A stretch of 64,000 nt of DNA from an uncultured Chloroflexia bacterium (lineage in GTDB: Bacteria; Chloroflexota; Limnocylindria; QHBO01). Of the stretch, positions 50,422 through 61,800 are shown in pieces. A program made the translations under genes and the position numbers. The notes beneath the pieces were generated by a model. It was not told the DNA's origin, did no database searches, and saw only the letters and a list, made by a program, of their open reading frames with translations. Every line of letters begins with the position of its first letter. The stretch's first letter is position 1. The stretch is taken from positions 389,730-453,729 of the forward strand of contig CAVQTN010000002.1 in the NCBI GenBank assembly GCA_963716585.1. Reading direction: 5' to 3'.

Positions 50422-51317
50422 GCGATCCGTTTCGCGGCTGCTCGGCCTCGCACAATGCCTTCCGGGCGTACGAGCAGAACGAGGATCACGATGGCAAACG
50501 TGAATGCTTCGCGAAAATCGAGCAGGCCCTGGGGCAGCACCGTCTCCATGCCCACCGTCAACAGACCGAGCAGGTAGCCACCGACCAATGCGCCGGTCAT
50601 GCCTTCCATCCCGCCGATAACGATCGCGATCAGGGCAATCAGGAGCGGCCCGCCGCCAATCGTCGGGTTCACTGAACCGATCCGGGCAATCCAGAACAAC
50701 CCGACCACCCCAGCCAGCACGCCGCTGATCGCGAACGCCGTCGCGATGACGCGGTCCGCGCGGATGCCGAGCAGGCGCGTCATCACGAAATCGTCGGATG
50801 CTGCGCGCAAGGCGATCCCGAGTGTCGACCGCCGTAGCACGAGGTTCAGCACCAGGAGGACACCGATGCTCACGAACAAGGTCAGGACATTGGCAACGCC
50901 AATCGAGACACCGGCGACCGTAATGTTCCCGGATAGGAGCTCGGGAATCGGAACTGCGCGGGGTCGTGGGGAGACGATCAGCAGCGCGGCATTCTGGAGG
51001 AGCGTGCTGACCGCAAACGAGGTGATGATCATGGCGCTGAGCGAGTTGGAACGGACGGGCCGGAAGGCGATCCGTTCCGTCAGCAGGCTGGCTCCCGCCG
51101 CGACCGCGATCGCAATCAACGCCACCGCCAGCCAGGGAAGCGGCCCATCACCCAAGACGAGCAGGGTGTAGCCGGCAACCATCAGCAGCTCACCGTAGGC
51201 CAGGTTCACGAGCCGAAGGACGCCGTAGACGATGACCATGCCGAGCGCCATCAACGCGTAGAGGCTTCCCAGGCTCAAGACGTTCAGCGTGAACTGGACC
51301 AGCCCGGCGAGGTCCAT
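50418..51317 (-). CDS. Liv/Urt-family ABC transporter permease
   Basis: 299 aa, polytopic (LAYGELLMVAGYTLLVL). Its start overlaps the upstream ATPase gene and its stop overlaps the next permease gene. Confidence 0.8.
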   Translation of the reverse strand: MDLAGLVQFTLNVLSLGSLYALMALGMVIVYGVLRLVNLAYGELLMVAGYTLLVLGDGPLPWLAVALIAIAVAAGASLLTERIAFRPVRSNSLSAMIITSFAVSTLLQNAALLIVSPRPRAVPIPELLSGNITVAGVSIGVANVLTLFVSIGVLLVLNLVLRRSTLGIALRAASDDFVMTRLLGIRADRVIATAFAISGVLAGVVGLFWIARIGSVNPTIGGGPLLIALIAIVIGGMEGMTGALVGGYLLGLLTVGMETVLPQGLLDFREAFTFAIVILVLLVRPEGIVRGRAAAKRIA

Positions 51318-52045
51318 CAGCCGCCTCCCGGTATGGGGCCGGAGCCCAGATAGACACGCGCGATGTCCACCTGGGATCGCACCTCGGCCGGCGCGCCGCT
51401 CGCCTCGATCGAGCCGGTTCGCAGCAGGTAGACGCGATCTGCGATCTCCAGCGTGCGCGTCACGTTCTGCTCGACGAGCAGGATCGTGACCCCCTCATCA
51501 CGAAGCTCCTTGACGAGGCGGAAGATCCTGTCGACCAGCGCCGGGGCGAGCCCGAGCGAGGGCTCATCCAGCATCAGGAGGCGCGGCCGCGAAAGCAGGG
51601 CGCGACCGATCGCGAGCTGTTGCTGTTCGCCGCCGGACAAGGTGCCGGCGCGCTGGGCTCGACGCTCGCCCAGGATTGGAAAGCGCTCGAACAGCGCTTC
51701 GGTGTCCACCCGGACAGCGGCCGCGTCTCGACGGAGGTACGAGCCCAGGCGCAGGTTCTCAGCAACCGTGAGGCTTGCGAAGATGCCGCGGCTTTCGGGG
51801 ACCATCGCCACGCCGCGCCGGGCGATCTCCTCCGGGGTGCGTCCGATGATGGACGATCCGAGAAACGAGATCTGGCCGCGGCTCGGCGCAACGACGCCTG
51901 CGATGGCACCCAGTGTGGTCGACTTGCCGGCGCCGTTCGCGCCGATGAGGGCGACGAGCTCCCCCTCGCCAACCTCGAGCGAAACGTCGCGGACCGCTGT
52001 GATCGAGCCGTAGCGCGCTCCGAGCCCCTCGACCTTCAGCACCTC
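51317..52045 (-). CDS. Liv/Urt-family ABC transporter ATP-binding protein (LivF-like)
   Basis: Walker A GANGAGKST, signature LSGGEQQQLAIGRAL, Walker B LLMLDEPSLGL. The start was set at the GTG overlapping the livG-like stop. The track ORF is over-extended to 52153. Confidence 0.8.
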   Translation of the reverse strand, partial: EVLKVEGLGARYGSITAVRDVSLEVGEGELVALIGANGAGKSTTLGAIAGVVAPSRGQISFLGSSIIGRTPEEIARRGVAMVPESRGIFASLTVAENLRLGSYLRRDAAAVRVDTEALFERFPILGERRAQRAGTLSGGEQQQLAIGRALLSRPRLLMLDEPSLGLAPALVDRIFRLVKELRDEGVTILLVEQNVTRTLEIADRVYLLRTGSIEASGAPAEVRSQVDIARVYLGSGPIPGGG

Positions 52046-52769
52046 AGGCCGCCGACCCTGCCGAAGTCCCGAGATACGCCTCGATGACGGCCGCGTCGCC
52101 CTGGATCTGATCCGCCGTGCCCTCGGCGATCGTCTGCCCGTGGGCAAGGACATGGATGCGATGGCACAGCCGCATGATCAGCCGCATGTCGTGATCGATG
52201 ACCAGGAGGCCGCGATCCGCGGTGCGCGGGATCTCGACCAGCCGATCCAGGAGCGCGTCTGTTTCGTCCTCGTTCAGGCCGGCTGCCGGTTCGTCGAGCA
52301 GGAGATAGCGGCAGCCCGTGGCAAGGGCGCGAGCGATCTCGACCATCCGCTCGAGTCCGTACGGAAGGGCACCGGCGAGCGAGTCGCGCAAGCTTGCCAG
52401 GCCCAGCCATTCGAGGAGATCAGCCGCTGTCCGCGAGGCCTCCCCTCTCGAGCGCCCAGCGCTCAGCGCGCCGACCTCGACGTTCTCCATGACCGTCAGG
52501 CTGCGGAACAGCTTGACCGACTGGAAGGTACGGGCGACTCCAGCTCGGGCGATGACATGCGCGGGCCGGCCGGCCACATCGACGTCATCCACCAGGATCC
52601 GACCCGCAGTCGGAGACAGCAGGCCGGTGACGACGTTGACGAGCGTGGTCTTGCCTGATCCGTTCGGCCCGATCAGGCCAAGGATCTCCCCCGGCCCGAA
52701 TCGGAGGCCCACGCCATTCAGGGCGCGGAGGCCGGCGAAGTCCTTCGTCAAGCCCTCGACGACAAGCAT
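52044..52769 (-). CDS. Liv/Urt-family ABC transporter ATP-binding protein (LivG-like)
   Basis: Walker A GPNGSGKTT, Walker B YLLLDEPAAGL, plus the LivG-type C-terminal extension. Confidence 0.8.
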   Translation of the reverse strand: MLVVEGLTKDFAGLRALNGVGLRFGPGEILGLIGPNGSGKTTLVNVVTGLLSPTAGRILVDDVDVAGRPAHVIARAGVARTFQSVKLFRSLTVMENVEVGALSAGRSRGEASRTAADLLEWLGLASLRDSLAGALPYGLERMVEIARALATGCRYLLLDEPAAGLNEDETDALLDRLVEIPRTADRGLLVIDHDMRLIMRLCHRIHVLAHGQTIAEGTADQIQGDAAVIEAYLGTSAGSAA

Positions 52770-52807
52770 TCAGGCGCGGCCGCAGCCCCGCCGGGCTGTC
52801 GCATGGG

Positions 52808-54028
52808 TCAGGGCTCGGGCACCCAGGTTGGGCGGAACCACCCATCGAATTTCGTCTTGCCGGCGGCGATCTCGGCGATCACCGCCTCCTTGTCGGGCCG
52901 GTGGCCGCCCGCCGCGTCCGACCAGGTGAGATGGCCCGTCAAGAGCGTGAACTCGGTTCCCTCCATGGCCTTGGCCATGGCCGCGCCATCGGTGCTGTTG
53001 GCCTTCGTCATCGCCTGAGCCATGACATTCACCACGTCCCATCCGGTGACGACGAACGCGGTGTCGGGATCCTTCTGGTATTCGGCCTTGTACAGGTCGA
53101 GAAACGCCGCGACGTTTGCGCCCGCATCGGCACTCATGAAGCTGTGGGTGACATAGAAGACGTCATTCCCACGATCGGGTCCCAGGACGACAGACAGCTG
53201 GGGATCGTCGTACGAGTCACCGCCCATGATCGGGGTGGTGATCCCGGCCGCGCGGATGGTCTTGATGATCGTCCCGAGGTCCGGCATGTACGACGAGATG
53301 TAGAGCACGTCCGGCTGCTTGGGCAGAGCCTTGATCCGTTGCAGCTGCGCCGAAAAATCCTGAGCGCCCTGGGTGTAGGTGTCCTCTGCGAACACCTCAC
53401 CACCGAGGTGCTTGAACGTGGCGATGAAGTAGCGGCTCAGGGACTTCGTGTAGTCGATGAACGTGTCGGTCACAACGTATGCCGTGCGCCAGCCCTTCTT
53501 CGCGTACGCGAATTCGGCCCCGGATGCGCCCATGGTCGTGTTCCACATCGAAAGGGTGAACTGCTTGTCGCCGAGCGACTTGGATCCGTAGAGGGGTGAG
53601 GACGCACAGGTGGAGATGCCGACGATGCCGGCTTTCTGTGCCTCGCGGCTGGCCGGGCCGCCGAAGTCGAAGTCACACGGCGCGATGATCGCCTTGGCGC
53701 CCTGCTGGATCAGCTCGAGCGCGACGTTCCCGACCACGACCGGGTCGCTCTTCCCGTCCAGGTTGATGAGCTCGACCTGCTTGCCGAGGATGCCGCCCTT
53801 CTTGTTCAGCTCCTTCACCGCAAGCTGGGCGCCACGCAGGCCCGGCTCGTCAAGCGGCGCCTGGATCCCGGTCAGGCTCAGCGTGGAGCCGATGAGGATC
53901 TTGTCGCCGGTCACGCCGCTGGCCGACGGACCAGGTGTCTGGGTACCGACTTGCGCGCCGCATGCCGCTACGATGAGCGCCACCGCGGTCAGGGCGGACA
54001 TCTGCTTGAGAAGCAAGCGATTCCCCAT
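52808..54028 (-). CDS. Liv/Urt-family periplasmic substrate-binding lipoprotein (amide/urea/amino-acid binding)
   Basis: The start is MGNRLLLKQMSALTAVALIVAAC (lipobox). A type-I periplasmic binding fold is present (ILIGSTLSLTGIQAPLDEPGLRGAQLAVKELNKKGGILGKQVEL). Confidence 0.8.
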   Translation of the reverse strand: MGNRLLLKQMSALTAVALIVAACGAQVGTQTPGPSASGVTGDKILIGSTLSLTGIQAPLDEPGLRGAQLAVKELNKKGGILGKQVELINLDGKSDPVVVGNVALELIQQGAKAIIAPCDFDFGGPASREAQKAGIVGISTCASSPLYGSKSLGDKQFTLSMWNTTMGASGAEFAYAKKGWRTAYVVTDTFIDYTKSLSRYFIATFKHLGGEVFAEDTYTQGAQDFSAQLQRIKALPKQPDVLYISSYMPDLGTIIKTIRAAGITTPIMGGDSYDDPQLSVVLGPDRGNDVFYVTHSFMSADAGANVAAFLDLYKAEYQKDPDTAFVVTGWDVVNVMAQAMTKANSTDGAAMAKAMEGTEFTLLTGHLTWSDAAGGHRPDKEAVIAEIAAGKTKFDGWFRPTWVPEP

Positions 54029-54090
54029 CAGACCAGTTCCTCCACCTGGCCCCCCGTTCTCGGCCGGCGGATGATAGCAGAATCGACCTG

Positions 54091-55137
54091 ATGCAAGAGG
54101 CACGAAGCGTGACCGATATCGTCCCGGTGACCCGGTTCGTCCCGACACCCCGGCAGTACGCCTGGACCTTCGGCGGCTGCGATCCGGTGATGCGGATCCG
54201 GCCCGGCGAAGTCATGGATCTCTTTACGGAAGACTGCTTCGCGGGGCACATCAGAACAGCAGCGGACCTGCCTGCCACCTCGATCGAATACCCCTTCATC
54301 AACCCGCAGACTGGCCCGTTCTTCGTCGAGGGTGCGGAACGCGGGGACACGCTGGCCATCCATCTCGTCGACGTTCAGCCGGCACGTGACTGGGCGGTGA
54401 GCACCACGGTGGCTCTGTTTGGAGCGCTGACCGGCACGAAGTTCACCGCCACCCTCCAGCCCGCTCTCCCGGAGCGGACCTGGATCTATCGCGTCGACGC
54501 GGCCACTCGGGAGGTCATCTTCGAGGCGCTCGACTCGGACTTCCCGGTGCGCCTCCCCCTCGAGCCCTTCCACGGGACCATCGGCGTTGCCCCGGCGGCG
54601 TACGAGGTCCGCAACGTCCTCGTCCCGGAGGCGTTCGGCGGCAACATGGACACGCGTGAAGCGCGGGCCGGGACGACCATCTATCTCGGCGTCAACGTCC
54701 CGGGCGCGCTCTTCTCGCTGGGCGACGGTCACTACACGATGGGCGACGGCGAGGCGTGCGGCGTCGCGGTCGAAGGAGCGATGAACACGCGCCTCACCGT
54801 TGACGTGATCAAGGGCGTCTACTGTGAGTGGCCGCGCCTCGAAGACGACGACTGGGTCATGGTGGCGGGCTCGTATCGCCCGCTGGAGGATGCGTTCAGG
54901 ATCGCCCAGACACAACTGGTCCGCTGGGTGGCCTCCGAGACCGGCCTCTCGGAGATGGACGCCTACCAGCTCGTTTCCCAGGCCGGGCGCTCGTCGATCG
55001 CGAACGTCTGCGACGCCAACTACACCATCGTCGCCAAGATGCCGAAGCGAGTCCTTCCGCACGACATCCCGTGGATGGGCGCGGCACATGACCGGCTGGC
55101 GGCCATCGGTCGGCGGGTCTCGATCGCTACGCCCTGA
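54091..55137 (+). CDS. acetamidase/formamidase-family amidohydrolase (FmdA/AmdA)
   Basis: 348 aa (FFVEGAERGDTLAIHLVDV...GGNMDTRE...GDGHYTMGDGEACGVAVEGAM). Confidence 0.85.
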   Translation: MQEARSVTDIVPVTRFVPTPRQYAWTFGGCDPVMRIRPGEVMDLFTEDCFAGHIRTAADLPATSIEYPFINPQTGPFFVEGAERGDTLAIHLVDVQPARDWAVSTTVALFGALTGTKFTATLQPALPERTWIYRVDAATREVIFEALDSDFPVRLPLEPFHGTIGVAPAAYEVRNVLVPEAFGGNMDTREARAGTTIYLGVNVPGALFSLGDGHYTMGDGEACGVAVEGAMNTRLTVDVIKGVYCEWPRLEDDDWVMVAGSYRPLEDAFRIAQTQLVRWVASETGLSEMDAYQLVSQAGRSSIANVCDANYTIVAKMPKRVLPHDIPWMGAAHDRLAAIGRRVSIATP

Positions 55138-55164
55138 GCAGGCAGGTTGTGGCCGCGCCGACGT

Positions 55165-55644
55165 CTACTGAACGTTGAAGTCGACGACCATCCCCTGGCT
55201 CACATGCCCGGGCAGGTTGCAGATGATGGCGTAGTGCCCAGCTGGCAGGTCGACGGTTAAGGTTCCCGAGGCCCCAGGCGCGAGCTCAGCAACCTCGCCC
55301 ATCGAGGTGAAGTCGTCCTCGTTCACCGCGCCGTCGACCAGCGGCAGGTCCGCTGCCTGGGTGTCCGTCTGGAGCACGACGAACTCGTGCGGCATGGTGC
55401 CGCCGTTCGTGACGTTGAAGGTCACCGAGCCGGCTGCCGCGGTCACCGCGCTCAGGGCGATCTTGTACTCGGTCAGCGTGGCGGTGATGGTCACCCCGGC
55501 CCCCGACGCGGGCGACGAAGCACTAGCTGAAGCCGATGCTGATCCGGAGGCAGTCGCCGACGGGGTCGTACCGCCGGCACTGCACGCGACCATCAGCGCC
55601 GCAAGGGCCGCCAGGGCGGCGGTCCGGAGTCCCATGGGGGTCAT
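55165..55644 (-). CDS. cupredoxin-domain lipoprotein (type-1 copper)
   Basis: The start is MTPMGLRTAALAALAALMVAC, followed by a Ser/Ala-rich linker. Copper ligands are present in MPHEF and CNLPGHVSQGM. Confidence 0.7.
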   Translation of the reverse strand: MTPMGLRTAALAALAALMVACSAGGTTPSATASGSASASASASSPASGAGVTITATLTEYKIALSAVTAAAGSVTFNVTNGGTMPHEFVVLQTDTQAADLPLVDGAVNEDDFTSMGEVAELAPGASGTLTVDLPAGHYAIICNLPGHVSQGMVVDFNVQ

Positions 55645-56021
55645 GCTGGTGCACCCACTTGGACGCTGTAGAACAACGCCCCAAGCGGAGCCGCTACGCC
55701 CAGCGCGAGCGACACAGGCCAAACGCGTGGGACCAAGAGCATCAAGATCAGGGGTCGGTCGCGAATCGTGAGCTGCGAGCGTGGGGCCACGGTGGTATCG
55801 CCTTTCGTGTCGTGCTCAGGTGCCGCAATCACGGACTTCGGGCTTCGCCCAGCCTCCGAGTGTCTCACGGACGGACGCCCCTGCAGGATGCGCGCCAGGA
55901 GGCGGGCATCCATTTGACCACTCGCGGCGGCTCCACGCCCTGCCGGTCGAGGCCAGCGGGGGCCCGCGTGCCCAGTCGACCGACGCCAATTGTTCTGCGA
56001 GGGCGGTTCCGTGCTCAAATG

Positions 56022-56093
56022 ATTGGCTGGGGCGGAAGGATTCGAACCTTCGATCTCCTGATCCAGAGTCAGGCGCCTTACCGCTTGGCCACA
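56022..56093 (-). tRNA. tRNA-Gln (anticodon CUG)
   Basis: The minus-strand sequence TGGGGTG-TG-GCCAAGCGGTAAGGC-G-CCTGA-CTCTGGA-TCAGG-AGATC-GAAGG-TTCGAAT-CCTTC-CGCCCCA-G folds as a cloverleaf. It has a 7-bp acceptor stem with one G-U pair, anticodon loop CUCUGGA, and a T-loop GGTTCGAATCC. CCA is not encoded. Confidence 0.8.
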
Positions 56094-56174
56094 CCCCAGC
56101 GCGCGTGCCGAAGGATTCTACCAAAGAGGCCGTTCCTGCCTCCTCCTGGTCTTCTCGCCGGCCGCAACCGGCCC

Positions 56175-57361
56175 CTAGGCGACGACGCGCTCGGCACGTA
56201 CCGGAATCGCGGCAGCGGCCACGAACGGGAAGGCGACCACGCTGGCGAAGGCAACGCCGTAGCCGAAGGCTCCCCCGCCGGCCAGGCCGATGATGATGGC
56301 CAGCGGCGTGGCGACGACGGTGGCGACCAGGTTCTGGAACGTGTTCTGGACGCCCAGCGCCCGTCCCGCCCATCGCGGCCCAGCTCGCTCGGCTACCGCG
56401 GTGAAAGCCAGCCCGTTGGGCGAGACCGTGATCATGGCCGCCACAGCCAGCGCAACGACCGATGCGCCGGAGCCTGCCATGGCGAGCACGCTAAGCATGG
56501 CCATCGCCAGGCCGATGGCCAGCGCCACGAGGCGCATCGGTCCAAGACGGGAGCGGACGCGATCCGACCAGTAGCCGGCCGCCAGCCGCGTGGCGGCGCC
56601 GACCAGCTGGGTGATCGCCAGCAGGATGCCGGCGCCGCCGAGCGACCAGCCGCGGCCGGTGACCAGGTAGTCGAAGGCGAAGATCGCGACGGCGAACTGC
56701 GGAATGACGAGGCACGCGCTGGCGGCATGGATGCGCCACAGGTAGGCCGTCCGATACGGCGAACCGTCTTGCGGCGCACCGGCCACCCGGGCGGGCCGCT
56801 GCGGATCGCGCACGACCAACCCGATGAGTACCGCGGTGACCAGGCAGGCCGCCCCCAGCCCGCCAAGGGCGGCGCCCAGGCCAATGGTGGCCAGCGACGG
56901 CAGGACGAGCGCGGCGGCGGCCACACCGAGCGGCTGGCCGGTCTGCCGGATGCCCATCGCCAGGCCGCGCTCCTGAACGTCGAACCAGCCCAGGATCAGC
57001 CGTCCGCTGGCGGCGTGGATGGCGGCACCGCTGGCACCCGCCAGGAAGAGGCAGATCCAGCGTTGCAGCGGATCGGGCAGCTGTGCCGCGGTCAGCAGCG
57101 CCAGCCCGGCGCCGGCGAGGCCGAGAGTCAGGACCAGGCGCTCGCCCCATCGGTCAGCCGCCGCGCCCCAGGCGATGAGCGCCACCAGCACGCCAAAGAC
57201 CGGCGCGATGACCAGGGTGGTGGCCGCCTCGAGCGGGAGCCCCTCGGAGCGCAGTGCCGGGATCAGGTAGGCAAGGCCGTACTGCGAGGCACAGCCGGCG
57301 ATCAGGCCGGTGAGGCCCACCGCCAGCACGACCCAGCGCTGCGCCCCGTTCTCGGTGGTCA
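56175..57361 (-). CDS. MFS-family transporter
   Basis: Twelve predicted TM helices. The start was set at the GTG at 57361 (VTTENGAQRWVVLAVGL). The first 100 or so codons of the track ORF are Arg/Gly junk. Confidence 0.7.
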
Positions 57362-57373
57362 CTGCCCCTCTAC

Positions 57374-58465
57374 TCAGGCGCTGTGGACCGCCAGCACGTT
57401 GTGCGCGGGAACCGGCCGGCTCATGCCCTTCAACGTCAACTCGCCGACCTCCTCGACCTCGACCAGTCCCTCGACCATGGCATAGGCGCGCTGCGTGAGC
57501 AGGATCTGGTCGGGCGCCGCCTGGCTGCTCAGCCGCGAGGCCATGATCACCACGTTGCCGATGGCGCCGTAGTCGTAGCGTCCTTCGAAGCCGATGCGCC
57601 CCAGCGTCGCGTAGCCGACCGCGATGCCCACCCCCAGGCCCATCTCGTAGCCACGCTTGCGCCACTCGCTGGCCACCGGCTGGAACCGCTCGCGCACGGT
57701 GAGCGCCATGCGCACGGCGCGCTCGACGTGATCCGGCTGCAGGACCGGATCGTTGAAGAACGTCATCACCCCGTCGCCGGCGAAGTGCTCGAGCGTGCCC
57801 TCGTGCTCCAGGATCGCGGTGCCGATGAGTCGGTGGTACTCGCCCAGCACCCCGAACAGCTCCTCCGGCTCCGCCTGCTCGGCGAACGTGGTGAAGCCGC
57901 GCAGGTCGCAGAAGACCGCCGTGATCTGGCGCCGATGCCCGCCGAGCAGCTGCTCGCCCTCCGCCGACGAGATGAGGGCCGAGATCTGCGGCGACAGGAA
58001 TCGACTGAGCTCCTGCTTCTGACGTTCGATCGTGTCATTGAGCGCGGTCTGGCGTGCGAGATACTCCTGCTCCAGGTCGTGCATCCGTTTCGCCGCCAGC
58101 GAGGCGTTGATCCGGGCTCGCAGGATGCTCGGCTCGATGGGTTTGGCGAGATAGTCGGTCGCGCCCAGCTCGATGCATCGCACCACGCTCTCGAGCTCTT
58201 CGACGCCGGAGACGATGATGACCGGGATGTGGCGGATGGCCGCGTCCTCTTTCATCGCCGCGAGGGTCTGGTAGCCGTCGAGCTCGGGCATCAGTACGTC
58301 GAGCAGGACGACGTCGATGGCGGCCGGCTGCGCTCGCAGCAGCTCCAGCGCGGCCATCCCGTTCTCAGCCTGCAGCACCTTCAGCCCCAGTGCCTCGAGC
58401 TGGCGGACCAGGACGAGCCGGTTGACGAGGCTGTCGTCGACGACGAGCGCGATGCCGTTGCTCAT
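57374..58465 (-). CDS. response-regulator receiver fused to a class III adenylate/guanylate cyclase
   Basis: The REC domain reads ALVVDDSLVNRLVLVRQLEALGLKVLQAENGMAALELL...DVVLLDVLMPELDG...ATDYLAKP. The cyclase domain reads ITAVFCDLRGFTTFAE...LEHFAGDGVMTFF...GLGVGIAVGYA. The start [11 protein letters not shown] overlaps the Hpt stop. Confidence 0.8.
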   Translation of the reverse strand: MSNGIALVVDDSLVNRLVLVRQLEALGLKVLQAENGMAALELLRAQPAAIDVVLLDVLMPELDGYQTLAAMKEDAAIRHIPVIIVSGVEELESVVRCIELGATDYLAKPIEPSILRARINASLAAKRMHDLEQEYLARQTALNDTIERQKQELSRFLSPQISALISSAEGEQLLGGHRRQITAVFCDLRGFTTFAEQAEPEELFGVLGEYHRLIGTAILEHEGTLEHFAGDGVMTFFNDPVLQPDHVERAVRMALTVRERFQPVASEWRKRGYEMGLGVGIAVGYATLGRIGFEGRYDYGAIGNVVIMASRLSSQAAPDQILLTQRAYAMVEGLVEVEEVGELTLKGMSRPVPAHNVLAVHSA

Positions 58466-58830
58466 GTAGCCCGATCCCGCCACGCGCGCAGCGCCTGGAG
58501 CGTTGCCTCCCACTCCACGGCGAGCCCGGCGAGGTCGTCGGCGGCGCCGTCCAAAGCATCCTCCCGTCCCGCGGCCTCGAGGCGTCGCGCACGAGCCGCC
58601 AGGCGCTGCGCCCCGACCGTGGCGCTGCTCGACTTCAGCGTGTGCGCCGGCCGTACCACCGACGCGGCATCGTGCGCGTCCGCCGCGGCCTGGATCTCGG
58701 CGATCTGGCGCGGCGCATCGCCGAGATAGGTGTCGATCAGATCGACGACGAAAGCGCTGTCGCCGCCGACCGAGGCCGCCAGCTCGGCCAATGCAACGTC
58801 ATCGAGGAGGGGGAGCTCAGGCTCGGGCAC
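58462..58830 (-). CDS. Hpt (histidine phosphotransfer) domain protein
   Basis: 122 aa. The phospho-His context is [26 protein letters not shown], which is typical of Hpt. Confidence 0.75.
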   Translation of the reverse strand: MPEPELPLLDDVALAELAASVGGDSAFVVDLIDTYLGDAPRQIAEIQAAADAHDAASVVRPAHTLKSSSATVGAQRLAARARRLEAAGREDALDGAADDLAGLAVEWEATLQALRAWRDRAT

Positions 58831-61800
58831 GTGATTTCCTCTTGCGCGGGGACCCGGGTTGCGCGGCCGGCACTCTCATTGGCGTCCGCTCCAGGGCGGC
58901 CGCCAGCTCCGGGGGGCGGATGGGCTTGCTCAGGTAATCGTTCATCCCAGCGGCCAGGCACGCCTCGCGGTCGCCGGCCATGGCGTTGGCGGTCATGGCC
59001 ACGATCCACAGCGGCCGACTCCGGCCAGCGGGAGCGGATCGCGCGCGTGGCACCGAGTCCGTCGAGCTCGGGCATCTGGACGTCCATGAGCACCACGTCG
59101 AACGGCGTCGCGCTCGAGTGCCGCGATCGCCTGCAGCCCATCGGCTGCCACCTGCGCGGTGTAACCGAGCTGCGCCAGCAATCGCAGGGCGAGCTTCTGG
59201 TTCACGGCGTTGTCCTCGGCCAACAGGATGCGCAATGGATTGCGCTCGCCAAGCAGGCCGTCATCGTTCGTCGCGACCTTGCCCGGCGCGGGACGCCGCG
59301 TCACGACCGGCGCCGAGCAGGATCGTGGCAATGGTGTCGTGCAGCGCCGACGGCTTGACCGGCTTCGCCAGCCAGTCCGTCACCGGACCGCCATCCCGGT
59401 CCCGCATGCCGACCGACGACAGGATCACCAGCGGTGTCTGCTGACGATGCGCCGTCTCATCGACGGCGCGGACGCGTTCCGCGAGCTCGACTCCGTCCAG
59501 CTCTGGCATCAGCAGGTCGAAGAGGGCGATGTCGAAGCGCTCGCCGTGCTCGAGCCATTCGAGCGCCTCGAGCGGCGAGCCCGTCTCGCGCGGCACCATC
59601 CCCCAGCGCGCGGTCTGCGCCACGAGGATGCGGCGATTCGTGGCGTTGTCATCGACGATCAGCGCCGTTCGTCCGCTCGAGGTCAGCCTCGATCCGCGCC
59701 GGTCGACTGGGTGCCACCGCATCTGGCGCGGCGAGCGGCATGCGGACCGAAAGATGGAAGACGCTCCCCTCTCCGGGGACGCCCTGGCTCTCGACAGTCA
59801 GCGAGCCATCCATCAGCTCCGCGAGCCGGCGGCTGATGGCGAGGCCGAGGCCGGTGCCGCCGTATCGGCGCGCAATCGACGCATCGGCCTGGCTGAAGGA
59901 CTGGAAGAGCCGATCCATGGCAGCCGCCGGGATACCAATGCCCGTGTCGCGAATGTCGATGCGGACCTCGCAGCGACCCAGGCTGCCGCGCTTCGGACGC
60001 TTCGATCTGGGTTCCGCCGACCGTCACGACGACCTCGCCCTGCTCGGTGAACTTGACGGCGTTCGAGAGCAGGTTGAGGAGCATCTGGCGCAACCGGCCC
60101 GCGTCGCCGACCAGGGCGGCGGGAAGCTCCTCGTCGACGGCGTAGACCAGCTCGAGGCCCTTCTTGGCAGCAGCCGGCGCGATGATGTCGAGCGAGACCT
60201 CGATGGCGTCGCGCAGGTTGAACGGGGCGTTCTCGAGATCGACGCGCCCCGCCTCGATCTTCGAGAAGTCGAGCACGTCGTTGATGATCGTCAGCAGCGC
60301 GTCACCCGACGTGCGGATCGTCTCGGCGAAGTCGCGCTGCTCCTCGTCGAGCGGTGTGTCCATCAGCAGCCCCGACATGCCGATGATGGCATTCAGCGGC
60401 GTCCGGATCTCGTGGCTCATGGCCGCCAGGAAGCTGCTCTTGGCCTCGTTGGCCTGCTCGGCGGCGTCTACGCGACTCCTGGGCCTCGCCGAAGAGGCGC
60501 GCATTCTCGAGCGCGATGGCCGCCTGCTGCGAGAGCCCGACCAGGAAGCTCAGGTCGGCGTTGCTGAACGGCGTCGGCGAGTCGGTCCGCCACATCGCCA
60601 GCATGCCGGCGACGGCTCCGCGGACCACGAGTGGCGCCGCCATGAGGCGTTCGGCGCCGTGCTGCTGCGTGCCCTCGATGGTCATCGCCCGAGGATCCGC
60701 ATTGGGGTCGTTGATGGCCTCTGCCGTACCGGTAACGGCAATATCACCCAGGATGCCGGCGCCACGGGTGATCAGGGAGGCGCGCAGCTGCTCGGCGATG
60801 TCTCCCTGTGCCGACGACCGCCCGGAACCTCTCGCCGTCCTGTTCCGGCAGATAGATCGCGGCGGCATCGGCGCGCAGCAGCCGAATGGCGCGCGAGGCG
60901 ATGACGTCGAGCACCGTCGACAGGTCGAGCGTCGCGGAGATCTCGCGCCCGACGTCGGCGAGCCCCGCCATCTCGTCGGCGCGGCGCCGGGTCTCGTCGT
61001 ACAACCGTGCGTTCTGGACCGCGACGCCGACGTTCGCGGCAATCGTCGCGAGCAGCCGCGCATCGGCGTCGCCGAAGCGGCTGTCGCTGGTGGTGCTCTG
61101 CACGCTGATGGCGCCGATGGCCCGGTCGCCTACCAGGATCGGCACGCCCAGGTACGACCGCGCGCGCGTTCCGACGCCTCGCTCCCCAGCGTCTCCCAGT
61201 CCGATTCGCTGTTGAGCAGCAGCGGCGCGCGGCCCGCGATCACGCGGGACGTCAGTCCGGTGCCCAGCGGCAGCGGATCCTGGCGCTCGTGGGTTCCACG
61301 CTCGACGTAGAACGGAAAGTCGATGACTCCGTGACTCCTCGTCGAGGAGCGCCACGTAGGTGATGTCGGCGTCGAAGGCATCGCGCGTCTTCTCGCCGAC
61401 GAGCGCCAGCAGCGGCTCGACCTCCATGCGCGCGGTCAGCGCCTCGCCCACGGTGTTGATCGTTCCAAGCTCGCCGACACGCTGGCGTGTCTCGTCGATG
61501 AGCCGACCCGTTCGCAGTGCCACGCTGAGGCTGGCCGCAATCGTGGTCAGCAGGGAGACATCGGCCTCGTTGAAGGCATATTCGCGGTCGAGGTTCTGGA
61601 GCGAGATGACGCCTAGGATCTCGTCGCCCAGGACGAGCGGGGCGAAGATCGCCGAGCGGGCCGGCTCACCGCTGAGCTGTGAAGGCTGGCCCAGCTCTGC
61701 CCCGACCTCGCGAAGGTCGTGGGTGATGAGCAACGGTTCCCGCGTCTCGATCACCCGCTTGCGGAAGCCCATCACCGGCCGCGACTCGACCGGATAGCGC

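Noticed and set aside
55781-56373. ORFs overlapping the tRNA-Gln region
   Set aside because: They are short GC-rich ORFs spanning a tRNA gene and an intergenic region, with no coding signal.
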